64,000 nucleotides of DNA from Octopus sinensis (lineage: Eukaryota), in the NCBI RefSeq assembly GCF_006345805.1, contig NC_043017.1, positions 3,286,001 to 3,350,000 on the forward strand, given 5' to 3'. The notes beneath the pieces were generated by a model. The model was not told the DNA's origin. It saw only the letters and a program-made list of their open reading frames with translations, and did no database searches. A program made the translations under genes and the position numbers. Shown here piece by piece: positions 14,004-27,059 of the stretch (positions within the stretch are counted from its first letter, which is position 1; every line of letters begins with the position of its first letter).

Positions 14004-14260
14004 CTGTGTATGTATGTATGTATGTATGTATGTATGTATGTATGTATGTATGTATGTATGTATGTATGTATGCATGTTATTATTTAGATTTATTTCAAGA
14101 TTTCTTGCCAATAGAGAAAGAACCGGTTTCTGACCTAGATCCAAGGCTCCTTCATTGGAATCTCAACATCAACAACAGGGTATTTTTGTTTGTATGTATG
14201 TATCTATTCATGCATGTATGTATGTATGTACGTGTGTATGTATGTATGTATGTATGTATG

Positions 14261-14641
14261 TGGAAGCACTCCGTCGGTTACGACGACGAGTGTTCCAGTT
14301 GATCCGATCAACGGAACAGCCTGCTCGTGAAATTAACGTGCAAGTGGCTGAGCACTCCACAGACACGTGTACCCTTAACGTAGTTCTCGGGGATATTCAG
14401 CGTGACACAGTGAGTGACAAGGCCGGCCCTTTGAAATACAGGTACAACAGAAACAGGAAGTAAGAGTGAGAGAAAGTTGTGGTGAAAGAGTACAGCAGGG
14501 ATCACCACCATCCCCTGCCGGAGCCTCGTGGAGCTTTAGGTGTTTTTGCTCAATAAACACTCACAACGCCCGGTCTGGGAATCGAAACCGCGATCCTACG
14601 ACCGCGAGTCCGCTGCCCTAACCACTGGGCCATTGCGCCTC
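14261..14641 (-). mobile_element. tRNA-derived SINE family C
   Basis: Head GAGGCGCAATGGCCCAGTGGTTAGGGCAG..GTTTCGATTCCC; near-identical to 18498-18879. Confidence 0.9.
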
Positions 14642-15225
14642 CACGTATGTATGTATGTATGGTTGTATGTATGTATGTATGTATGTATGTATGTATGTAT
14701 GTATGTATGTATGTATGATGTATGTATCTATGTATGTTTGTATGTATGTATGTATTATGTATGCGTGCATGTATGTTATGCTAGTTTTTCTTTTACAAAT
14801 TTCTCACTATGTGTAACCTTGAAGCAAGAATCTTTCCTTTGAAGTTTGACAACGTCAACAGGATAGCCTTGTATGCCTGTTTTTTTTAAGTGAGTCAAAG
14901 CCGGTCGCTAACAAAGCGACAAAGCTTTTTGCATTAAGAGAGTATCAGGTGTTAGCAAATGTGTGGTTGAGTTAGTGTGTTGGTCGCTAACTATGCTCAT
15001 AACCAAGTGTGCGCGTCTATTCCCCTAAGGAAGCTCTGATGGGGGATCTTTGGAATCTCTTACAATTCTTCACTGTGCCGCTAATAAACTGGATTTAGAG
15101 AACCCGCGTCAGTTTCTTTTGCTCTTTCTTCGAGAAACCAACATCTTGTAGGTTTTTGTGTGAATTTCTCTAGGTACTTAGCCTATGTATATATGTATGT
15201 AGATATGTATGTATTGGCGGAGAAG

Positions 15226-15412
15226 TGGCTGTGTGGTAAGTAGCTTGCTTACCAACCACATGGTTCCAGGTTCAGTCCTACTGTGTGGCACCTTAGGCAA
15301 GTGTCTTCTACTATAGCCTCGGGTCGACTAAAGCCTTGTGAGTGGATTTGGTAGACGGAAAATGAAAGAAGCCAGTCGTATATATGTATGTATATATGTA
15401 TATATGTATGTA

Positions 15413-15457
<45 letters not shown>

Positions 15458-15688
15458 TGTGTGATTGTGTGTGTGTGTATGTTCATGCGTCTGTGTTTGT
15501 CCCGCAACATGGCTTGACAACCGATGGTGGTTTGTTTACGTCCCCGTAACTTAGCATTTCGGCAAAAGAGACCGATAGTATAAGTACTAGGCTTCCAAAG
15601 AATAAGTCCTGGGATCGATTTGCTCGACTAAAGGCGGTGCTCCAGCATGGCCGCAATCAAGTGACTGAAACAAGTAAAAGAGTAAGAG
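15226..15688 (+). mobile_element. SINE family B
   Basis: Full-length match to the consensus. Confidence 0.85.
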
Positions 15689-15723
15689 TATAGTGTATAT
15701 ATATACATATATATATATAATAT

Positions 15724-15775
<52 letters not shown>

Positions 15776-16632
15776 AGTATATGGTTTTCATCATAAAGAC
15801 TATTTTAACGGGTCGCTAAGGAGCTGGGCAGAATTTATTTCTGGTAGTGTATATTCTGAGTTCACGTCTTGCTGAGGTCAGCATTTGTTCCTTCGGGGTC
15901 GATGAAGCAATTACTGGTCAAATACTGAAATATATTCAGAAGACTGATATGGGTATCTCACAGGCTACGTCCAGCTGAGAATCCTGGGTAAATATTGTGC
16001 TGCTTAAGTGTAGATGTGAAAAGCAATGACTGCAAATGCTGTTTGATTTGATAAACACAATGATAGAACAATATGACACAAGCCCCCAATTAACGGGATG
16101 TGGGTCAAATGTGTCATCATGGCCAGGCCTAAGTCGACAGAAGAGGAAGATTTCGTCTTATGTATCATGTTCACGTGATGGGTTCTATCAGACATGCATG
16201 CACGTGACGTTACGGATTATATAACAAACGGGTGGTTTTGATGGAGATGAGTGGAGACGGAGAGGTAGAACGGATGAAGAGGAGGAGGAGGAGGAGGGGG
16301 AGGAGAAGAACAAGAACAAGAACAAGAACAAGAACAAGAACAAGAAGAACAAGAACAAGAACAAGAACAACAAGAACAACAACAACAACAAGAACAAGTT
16401 ACATATTAGGTTGTGTAAGACGAATTTCTCTAGTGGTATATTGGAGTCAACTGGCCTTTTATAGGCTCCACGCGTTAAAGACCTATCATTTGAGTTTGGA
16501 ACATTGGTTGAATACGGTTCTTTGATTGGTCAAGTATTGTGTGGGATTGGATCGGGGATCTAATCGCATCGTTCGAAAAACTTTCTAAAACAACTAACCT
16601 GAATCTACGTTGCAGCCTACCTCTGCATATAT

Positions 16633-17114
16633 ATTTTTTTCTACTCTAGGCACAAGGCCCGAAATTTTGGGGAAAGTGGGGCGGCCCGGTCGATTACATC
16701 GACTCCAGTACGCAACTGGCACTTAATTTATCGACCCCGAAAGGATGAAAGGCAAAGTCGACCTCGGCGGAATTTGAACTCAGAACGTAATGACATATAT
16801 ATTCTTTTCTACTCTAGGCATAAGGCCTGAAATTTTTTTGGAGGGGCCCAGTCGATTAGATCGACCCCAGTTCGCAACTAGTGCTTAATTTATCGACCCC
16901 GAAAGCATGAAAGGCAAAGTCGATCTCGGCAGAATCTGAACTCAGAACGTAATGACATATATATTCTTTTCTACTCTAGGCACAAGGCCCGAATTTTTTT
17001 GGGAGGGGGACCAGTCGATTACATCGACTCCAGTACGCAACTGGCACTTAATTTATCGACCCCGAAAGGATGAAAGGCAAAGTCAACCTAGGCGGAATTT
17101 GAACTCAGAACGTA
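16633..17114 (-). mobile_element. Tandem trimer of head-less SINE A units (~160-170 bp)
   Basis: Three units starting TTTTCTACTCTAGGCA(C/T)AAGGCC and ending CTCAGAACGTAA. Confidence 0.85.
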
Positions 17115-18497
17115 AACATCTATGACTGTGTGGTGAGAGATTTTCATGAAGACGAGTCATGTTATTTTCTTGCTGTTGTAACAAAGCACATGTGACCAAT
17201 GATAGCCAGAGCTGAATTATCAAAGCGATGAATGACTTATACAACCACCAGAATCTGCGGTGTGTTTATATCGACCACTCTGTTATTTAGCAGAAGTCTC
17301 GCTGTTATTATAAAGTTTGTGTCTTGTATTATTTCCACGTTCTAATCAACGATAATTAAGCAAACCGTGAACAAACAGACAATTGATTAGACAACCAGAA
17401 GCGACCCGCAAATCGGATGCTTCGAGGACGTAACTGCACGGTCCGATACGTGGTGGGGAATGTAAGAGTTACAGTACGACAGTCTAGATATGCTTGTAGG
17501 GATTCGAACCCCAACCGCGAAATAATCAGTTTGCGATCACGAATATGCCACTACACGTTCACATAATCGATCAATAAATTGAGCAGTCATCGTGAAGCTG
17601 TGGCGTGATATGGTTTTCTCGAAAAGTCTAGTTTTGCTAAGTTTCGTGCTTAACACACAGCAGACTGCGTCAGCCACTTAAGGAAGGAAGGCCGCAGTTA
17701 GCCTTCAAGACAGATCACAAGCAGACCACAGATAGCCTTCAAACAAGACATCGCGGTTCTCTTCCCCAAGCTTTAAAAATGTGCAGCGGTATTTGTATCT
17801 GCAGTTTCTCTCCCAGATAGCTAATGTTTAAGCCAACGCAGTAAACCTTGTCCTATTTACTTTTGTGATAACCAGTGAATAGGTGATGAGTTGCGCATTT
17901 ATATACACAGTTTTCTTTCAATAAAATATGGATGAATGTTCGTGAGTTTTATTTATTTATAAAAGATGCTGCCAACCTGATTTTCATTCAATTTAAGGAT
18001 ACAGCATCCTTCTATCTAATGACCAGTCACACTACGATGGTCTTCAACAAACACAGACCCATAAGCAAATTTACCCCCCTCTCTCTCTCTCTTTCTCTCA
18101 TTCTCCACTTCCTTGCTTATGTCTGTACATTCGTAGATTGTAATGAAAGCCATTGAGGACGAGGTGAAGCGGAAATCGGTCAAAGAGCAGTACTTAGTAT
18201 TCCTTTGTACTTGTTATAGACGATGTGCATTCCAACACAGCGGGAGGAATGGCCTAATAAAATTTGTTCACACTACAGCTTTTTTTTTTGTGTGTGTGTA
18301 CGAGTTTTTGTTAATCCGCGATAAAAAGGAGGGATAGTGTTTGTTTTGTTTCAACATTTTTTTGTCTTTGTATTACGAGCTGTATTGCCAAAGCCAGGTT
18401 CTAAAGTTAGTGGGAACGATCGCATAAAAGAAGTCGCCGTGACACACATCAAACAATTTCATTTCTCTTATTTTATGCGAAATATTTCATTAGTTAT

Positions 18498-18879
18498 GAG
18501 GCGCAATGGCCCAGTGGTTAGGGCAGCAGACTCGCGGTCGTAGGGTCGCAGTTTCGATTCCCAGACCGGGCGTTGTGAGTGTTTATTGAGCGAAAACACC
18601 TAAAGCTCCACGAGGCTCCGGCAGGGGGGGGGGGTGATCCCTGCTGTACTCTTTCACCACAACTTTCTCTCACTCTTACTTCCTGTTTCTGTTGTACCTG
18701 TATTTCAAAGGGCCGGCCTTGTCACTCTCTGTGTCACGCTGAATATCCCCGAGAACTACGTTAAAGGTATACGTGTCTGTGGAGTGCTCAGCCACTTACA
18801 CGTTAATTTCACGAGCAGGCTGTTCCGTTGATTCGGATCAACTGAAACCCTCGTCGTCGTAACCGACGGAGTGCTTCCA
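18498..18879 (+). mobile_element. tRNA-derived SINE family C
   Basis: Reverse complement of 14261-14641. Confidence 0.9.
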
Positions 18880-19589
18880 TATATGATAAACATGATTGTA
18901 TTCTACAGTCATTTAATTTCATGCTTTTGTTACAATCTCGTTACGTACGAAGCTTACGACTATTTGCAAGAAGGAAAGTTTCTTAATTTATTTGGAAAAA
19001 TAATCTATTTGTTACATTAATGGGAAAGGTGAGCGTAATACAATTAATAGAAACATTCGGGTGAACCAGCGTAATACGACGCGTACAGGAAGTCTTTGTT
19101 AGAAACTCAAAGCTGGGTTAAATTTTACATATCAAATACATATTCAGATGCCGTGCTGTGTCTACTTCTTTCATCATTCCGGTTGAATATGAACTATGAA
19201 AAGAGCTGTTAGGGGAGTGTACGCCAACTCGACCCAAGACACTATGAATTTTTGGTGCTCATTCAGGCTGTGGTTTTGTAGGCCTCGCTCGCGGTAAGTT
19301 CTAGTCAGACCACCGAGCTATCACATGATCAACAGCCGTTCATTGGACAAAATCTTGGTCGTGCACATGACTGAATTGTGATTTCTATGAGGTAAAAAGC
19401 GAGATCGGGTCCAATGCTATACTAACCTAACGACCACTAACACGTTATAGGATATTGATTAGAGAGTTCAGAATCACGGGAGGTTGGTCGAACAAAGTAA
19501 TGATTCCAAGTTCTGCGAAGGCCATGAGATTAACAAAAATAAAAAAGAAATTCGATTTTTATCCCACAAGAAAACTACAGAGATTAAAG

Positions 19590-19975
19590 CAGCGTGCTGG
19601 CAGAATTGTTAGCACCGCCGAGCGAAATGCTTAGCAGTATTTCGTCTGCCGCTACGTTCTGTGTTCAAATTCCGCCGAGGTCGTCTTTACCTTTCATCCT
19701 TACGGGGTCGATTAAATAAGTACCAGTTACGCACTGGGGTCGATGTAATCGACTTAATCCCTTTGTCTATCCTTGTTTGTCCCTTCTATGTTTAGCTCCC
19801 TGTGGGCAATAAAGAAATAAGAAACGTTAGCACGCCGGGCGAGACGGGTATTTCGTCTGTCTTTATGTCTTACGGGGTCGATAAATTAAGTACCAGTTGC
19901 GCACTGGAGTCGATCTAATCGACTGGTCCCACAAAAAAAAAAAAATTCGGGCCTTGTACCTAAATTAGAAAAAAA
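19590..19975 (+). mobile_element. SINE family A dimer
   Basis: Same consensus, sense orientation. Confidence 0.8.
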
Positions 19976-20225
19976 CTAAAAATTTGTAAAACCTTCCATT
20001 TAGGTATATATGCCCATGTCTAGACATGCAACTACGTGCATGAGAATGCATACATAAAACAAAACATACAAATCTACACGTGCAATGACTTCAAATACTG
20101 CACTTACACATACATACATGCAAAAATATTCTGTTGATGTTGAAATTATAATGAAATAGTCTTCGATCTAATTGGCTCTTTCTCTATTGGCAATAAATCT
20201 TGAAATAAAACTGATTAATGACATA

Positions 20226-20733
20226 CCGTAAATCCTCGAGTACAATCAGCATTTTTTCCCAAAATTTAAGGGTCAAAATCCCTAGTGCGTACTATATACG
20301 AGGTTAAAAATGAAAATTATTTTTTTAATGTCCGAGTTTTTATTTGCTATCCGGCAATGTTTATTCCGACACATTTTGTGATATCGGGCGCGAAAATACC
20401 TTAAGCTAAACCTGAAAGCAATGAAGTCATAAAAGAATCATCCATAACTTGCAGTAAGCAATATTTATTAAACATTATTACTGCTATTTCTTTATTTTCA
20501 GCAAACAAAATGTACAAAAAAGCTACACGTTTGCATTATGTTATATATACAATAATAATAAAGGACGTTACCGTATACAGTTTTACAAACCAAGGACATT
20601 ATGTAGACCTCCTTGACTCATGTTAGTGAAGGGGTGCGCATTATACACAAGGTTTAGGTTTTTCAGAGGTACAACCCCTTAAAAATCTCCTGCGTATTAT
20701 ACTCAAGGGCGGACTATACTCGAGGATTTACGG
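20226..20733. mobile_element. Tc2/pogo-type MITE (508 bp) with TA TSD
   Basis: TA|CCGTAAATCCTCGAGTA ... TACTCGAGGATTTACGG|TA; 17-bp perfect TIR extending imperfectly to about 25 bp. Confidence 0.85.
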
Positions 20734-21077
20734 TACATACACAAAAATGCATACGTACCTATACACACATCCACATGAACACATACGTACACACACAAAA
20801 ATATATAAACTAGAAAAAATTTCTGTCATTTTGTAAGTTTGTGTGTGTGTCTGTGCCTGTGTTTGTGTGTGTCAGTGACTAAGTGCATGCGTGAGCGTCC
20901 AAATTACATCGAAGGTATGCCAAAGAGCGCACTATGTCTAATTATTAATTATATTATTTCCCTATGCACATTAATTTCTTGCGCACGTATTGTTTTTCTT
21001 TGAGCACTACTTACAAACCAACCATGTGCGCGCCCACATTAGACAGAAACTGCTCTCACAGTTCTTTAGTCGGCGCG

Positions 21078-21127
<50 letters not shown>

Positions 21128-21568
21128 CGACAGAGAGAGAGAGGGAATGCCAGACAGCAACAGACAACGTCAGAGAAAGAGATGAAGTAAGCAAATGTTG
21201 CCGGATGCTTATTACATAATATTATATGCAACTCTTAACTCTTACTTATTCATCGGTGATTTTATTTGGGCGCTGTTGCATATTTTTTAAAATATTGTTA
21301 ACAGTTCGTTTTCATCCAAGATGAAACCTTATACATCGTTCCTGCTGTTATATAATTTTTCAAGTGCAGCTCCACTTAACGTAGATTTGTTCAAGACGTT
21401 AACACTATAAACAAAATGTGTTTATCGCTAGTTCTACCTCACTCCTCACTTCGCTTCTCTTTACCAAATAAAATAGTCTGTACTATTAAGATCCGGCGCC
21501 GATAAATCACACACACACACACACACACATATAAATATTACTATACGTTTCATACATCTACGAAAAGA

Positions 21569-21800
21569 GAGGGCGCAATGGCCCAGTGGTTAGGGCAGCG
21601 GACTCGCGGTCGTAGGATCGCAATTTCGATACCCAGACCGGACTTTGTGAGTGTTTATTGAGCGAAAACACCTAAAGTTCCACGAGGCTCCGGCAGGGGG
21701 TGGTGGCGAACCCTGCTGTACTCTTTCGCCACGACTTTCTCTCACTCTTTCTTCCTGTTTCTGTTGTACCTGTATTGCAAAGGATCGGCCTTGACACACA
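21569..21800 (+). mobile_element. SINE family C, 3'-truncated
   Basis: Matches the first ~230 bp of 18498-18879. Confidence 0.85.
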
Positions 21801-22210
21801 TTGAGTCTCCCTTGAGAGAGAATGAAAGAAACAAAGAAAGAAACAAACACAGGAGAGAAATTGGGGAGGAAGTGACCCCCGCCATCTTGTCCGAATACTG
21901 AAGTTGTATTCATTGTCTTCGTTGACATCGTACGAACGATGAGTTTCCTTCATGGATTTGATGCTCCTGTCTCGACACTTCAAAACGATCTTTTGTTTAT
22001 CTTCTCCAAATGGCGCTTCCTTACATTCGGGAGCAGCAAGTCGATGGATACGTTCGGCATGGATAGCAACTTGGAAATTTAGAATCGTTTCCTTCTTGTA
22101 AGCACTGAGCCTGAAATGTTGGGGGGAATAGGGTTAGTCGATTACATGAAACCTTTGTGTTCAACTGGTACTTATTTCATCGACTCTGAAAGGGTGAACC
22201 GTAATATAGA

Positions 22211-22545
22211 AGGCGGCGAGCTGGCAGAATCGTTAGCGCGCCGGGTGAAATGCTTAGCGGTATATCGTCCGTCTTTACGTTCTGAGTTCAAATTCCGCCG
22301 AGGTCGACTTTGCCTTTCATCCTTTCGGGGTCAATTAAATAAGTACCAGTTACGCACTGGTGTCGATATGATCGACTCAATCCGTTTGTCTGTCCTTGTT
22401 TGTCCCCTCTATGTTTAGCCCCTTGTGGGCAATAAAGAAATAGGTAATATTGACCTCGGTGGAATTTGAACTCGGAACGTAAAACCGCAAGAAATGCCGC
22501 AAAGCGTTTCGTGCAACGTGCTAACAATTCTGCTAGCTTGCCACC
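22211..22545. mobile_element. SINE A (+, 22211-22441) abutting an inverted SINE A head (-, ~22448-22545)
   Basis: Same consensus in both orientations. Confidence 0.75.
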
Positions 22546-24479
22546 TTTGGGAAAAAATCTCCAATTGAAGTCCATTCTATAGCATTCCGAAAATTTTTGA
22601 CCAAATAATTTCATGAGGCACTTCCTTCTCACGGCTGTAATATCAGTTCTAATCGTGGACTTGGACAGTTTCTGATGCGAAATTGTCTTCTTTTTTGAAT
22701 ATCACCAAGAAAACAAATTTATAAAAATGGTGATTCGTTATTTTGTAATAATTTTGCAATAAAGTTGTCCTTGAACTTTAATAAAAAAAAAGTTGGCACA
22801 AGCCCACTTCCCCTGGTAATTTTTGTTCCAAATGATGTCATTTGTAAAATACAATTATATGCTCAGATGTTTTCAAGACAGAGTTTTTTTTTTTTTTGAA
22901 GTGATGCCATTATAAGATCCCATTAAAAGTTCTGGCAACTCTATTATAAACAAAATACACTTCACCAGTGGAACAACAACAAACGGCCAATGATTACTCG
23001 TCCCATTTTCTAACACTGCTCTTATCACATGCTCTGCGCATAAAGCCCTGGGATACAATTTTTTCTTTTTTTTCCAGCTCTATAATCATGGCTAGGATTA
23101 AACATTAAACGCGATACCCTCTAAATGCATTCAGACAAATATTTCCTACAGATTTTCTCTGCAAAACTGTTTCATACTAAATCAGTTTTAATTTTTTAAA
23201 GTTTTATTATTTTCTTTTAACTTAAACGTCTTTCTTTTTTTTACAGTTTTATTTTCGTTGCATTTTTTTCAATTTTGTGTTCTTTCTTTACAATTTCTTT
23301 GGTTTGTTTTTGTTTTTGTTATTTCATCTTTTGTTTCTACAATTTTCCTTCGTTCTCAAAAATCTTATTTTCCTCTTCCTTCTTTTCTCCTCCTCCTCCT
23401 CCTCCTCTCATTCTGCCATTTTGGCTACCTTATCTTTCTAGCGGTTTATTTGCTAACTTTTAAACCTAGCATATTTTTTTGTTTCTTTTCTTTTCTTTTC
23501 ATAAAATTAAAAAATTTTTCTTATCTTTCAATATCTTTTCTGCATAAACATTCCTTCTATGTTCATGTCTGCTTATGTCAAAGAGTGCACTGTCATAACG
23601 ATTGACATTTTAACCACTATATCAGAACACGTGATTCTACAAGCACTCGGCTGCTTATATTAAACAGTAAAAAAACGAACAAACAAAAAAACAATAGGGT
23701 GCTACTTTGGTGTATGATCTACAAAGGAGGTTACTTTAGGTTACTTTTTTCAGCTATTTTGTACATACTTAGCACTATAAATGTATTTTTTTCAAAATTC
23801 TTACTATTCTAATAATAAGGAAACCATATAAAAATTAAATAAGCTCGTAGAGCACCCACCAAAATAACCGATGGAGTGTCTTTTTTTTTCTTCTATTAAG
23901 ATAAGGTACTTTACCTTCGCTGTACACTTCAGACGAGTGATAGGCAAACTGCAGCCGACAGAACTTTTCTGAACGGCCCAACAAAAGATGACATTGAACT
24001 TTGATGATGAACCATGTCCCGTGCGGTCCACTTCTCGAAAATAAGTTGCTCGTGTCTACGTTACTAAGTTTGTTTGTTGCTTTTTTTTTTTTGCGAAGAG
24101 TGCAGTCACTTACCTGTTGTCATCAAGCAAACTTTGAACAAACAATACTTTTTCTCCTATGTAAATATTATCGTCTGCTCAAAATTGGAAAGACGGGAAT
24201 ATTTTGATCCTAGAAAATCTTAGCTTAAATGTTGAGTGCTTGACATAAAACTGTGTTTGCATATGATAGAGAAGGAAATTGAAAGGTATAGGAGGTAAAG
24301 AGAGAAACTCCGAGAGACATAGGGTAAGAGAGAATGAATGACAAAAGATAGGGAGAGATGAGAGTGAAAAAGTAATATTGATTAAGGACGTTAACAAACC
24401 GACACAAACAACACAAACACACACACACACACACATTTGTACATCAGACGTTAGCATAGGTGAGACCCAATCGCGTTTC

Positions 24480-24893
24480 TTATTTCTCTACTACCCGCAA
24501 GGGGCTACACAGAGAGGACAAGCAAGGACATACAAACGGATTATGTCGAGTATATCGACCCCAGTGCGTAACTGGTACTTATTTAATCGACCCCGAAAGG
24601 ATGAAAGGCAAAGTCAACCTCGACGGAATTTAAACTCAGAACGCAGCGGCAGACGAAATACCTATTTCTTTACTACCCACAAGGGGGGCTAAACACAGAG
24701 AGGACAAACAAAGACAGACAAGGGGATTAAGTCGATTATATTGACCCCAGTGCGTAACTGGTACTTAATTTATCGACCCCAAAAGGATGAAAGGCAAAGT
24801 CGACCTCGGCGGAACTTGAACTCAGAACGCAGCGGCAGACGAAATACCGCTAAGCATTTCGCCCGGCGTGCTAACATTTCTGCCAGCTCGCCG
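24480..24893 (-). mobile_element. SINE family A dimer
   Basis: Junction GAAATACCTATTTC at about 24655. Confidence 0.85.
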
Positions 24894-27059
24894 CCAGAAA
24901 CGCGAATGGGTTTCTGCAGTCACCCTTGTTTATTGTACGTTAACATGTACAACGAAAGAGAAGTAGTTTAAGCAGTGGAATAGTTACAGGGTATATCACC
25001 CAGGTCTTGTTGTTCGAACTTATACAGCAATCTCCAAAGCGCCCACACACACAAAAAAAAAACGTCGTCCAAGGTGGACTGTTTGCCTAGCTTATTTCAG
25101 TTTACGTCTACCAAAACCTTTCACAAGACTTTAGTCGGCCCGGGCTTATGCAGACGACAGTTACCCCAAGTGCCACTCAGTGGGAGTGAAACCGGAAACA
25201 CGTGGTGGAAAAGCAAGCTTCTTATCATACAGCCACACCTGTGTACGTCATGTTTTCGATTATCGAGAAACCTTAATTTTTTCCAAATTATGGACGGACC
25301 CTTGTACCGTGGCTAGGTCTGCTCGAAATAGCAGTCAAATGAACTTCAAACCACACCGCACCATCTTCAAAAAAAAAAAAAAAACTTGGGGAGGGGGGAA
25401 ATAGTCCACTACATGAGTGCACTACATGAGTGAAAATGTTTTAATGGTGTGACAGTCATGGCTGGACTGGCTTTGCTCATAGCTCTGTTCAATCAAGGTG
25501 GACTTGGTGCTAAACTACATTTCGTTGTCAGCTTGTATCCGAGAGTTTGGTTTGATCTTCGGTGGAGGTTTCCTTTATGGCGATGGCGTTGATAACTGTG
25601 GAGTTTTGCATGGACAAGTCGAGGGCGCTGACCACATGGTCATATTGGTTGAGGACGAGGTTGGTTTTTTCAAGCTTTTCTCTCCTGTTGTTTGATTTCT
25701 TCGTTTTCTCTTTTGATGGCTTCAAATAGTGATGGAATACCGTCACCTGGTACGGCCACGGGCTTAAATTTTGTGTTTCTTAACGATGTGATAGTCGTGG
25801 CTGGAATGGCTTTGTTCATAGTTCTGTTCAATCAAGGTGGACTCGGTGCTAAACTTCGCCAACATTTAAATATCTAAACTTCATCGTGTTTGAAAGGAAG
25901 AAAACTCACGCAGTGTCTCCTGGCTATTTATATAAAATCGTTTGTTATTGCAAATGGAAACATTATCAGGGTCACTTTACATGAGTTATTTACTTGTAAA
26001 AAGACTGGCAAGTCACATTGAATGTGTTTAAAGCAGCATAAATATAATGATATAATTAAATACTTGGCCGTAGGAAATGAGAGCATGTTTTCAATTCCTT
26101 AATTTCGCTTGATCGCACATCCTTTTACTAATTGTGCTTGTTTTTTTTTCTTTTCTTTTCTATTTATTTTTTTCAAATGAAGCCAGTATAAAGTACCTGT
26201 TATGTACTTACAACTGTGTGTGTATATTTGAACCTGTTTCACTTGGTTGACGCATAACAAGAAATAGGTGCATTTGTAGTTAAACACATGAAGACTAAAC
26301 CTTGCCCCCCAAAGCCTCATAATAAGATGTAGCGAGGAGACATCTAATGATTAATTATTAATACATCTTAACGCACTCTACAAGGTCACTTCTTGGTTTA
26401 ATATGGCTTTCTACTGAAATGAGAATGGCGTTTTGCCACAAGAAACATACATGTATATGATGATTTAATGCGAGAAAGTTGCTTTCCAAACCGAAAATAT
26501 TCTTTTCCTTCAACTTCCTTACTTGTTTGGAGTGTATTCATTTCTTCCATTTCTTGTACTCCAAATAATGCGTTGAACAAACGAAAATGTATCTTATAAT
26601 GGAAAAAGAAATATAACAAAAAATTTTAATGATATGGTCTTACGAAGCGTCGGAAAGATCAGCTGAAGCACATTCTGCTTGTCTGTGAAATTCCTGCCAA
26701 AGGCTTTGAAAGACTTACTGCAGATGGGAAACAGAGACAAAAAAATGACTTACGATTATGTAAAACCAGTTCGAAGAACACAAGGCCGTCACAGTTGCCA
26801 TTTGCCGTCATCGAATATCAACAATGCATTTCCGGTTTCTCTACCCACTCCATCCCTCCTCTCTCGCATTGGTCTGGTTATACCATTTGTGTACTCAAGA
26901 ACATCGGAGTATCTTAACCATTTAGCATTCAGATTACTCTGTCAAATGTAATGACTGATTCTATTATTGGCCACAAGGGCTCACATTCAAAACATTAATT
27001 GACGTGGAACAACATAAAAGCACTGAAGAAAGGGATCGCGACCGACGTACTTGCGGGGA

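Noticed and set aside
13694-14302. Recurrent ORFs containing KDERQSRPRRNLNSERSGRRNT or [18 protein letters not shown]
   Set aside because: These are reading frames through SINE A and SINE B copies.
17490-17560. tRNA-like sequences (here on the minus strand; also 30805-30870 and all SINE heads)
   Set aside because: A and B boxes are present but there is no intact cloverleaf or acceptor stem, so these are SINE heads or relics rather than tRNA genes.
23258-23605. Hydrophobic membrane-protein-like ORFs
   Set aside because: T-rich low-complexity DNA yields F/L/S-rich frames by composition alone.
23901-24004. Possible plus-strand terminal exon (DKVLYLRCTLQTSDRQTAADRTFLNGPTKDDIEL*) after a good polypyrimidine tract and AG
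   Set aside because: Only 33 codons, no recognisable homology and no partner exons; this is within chance.
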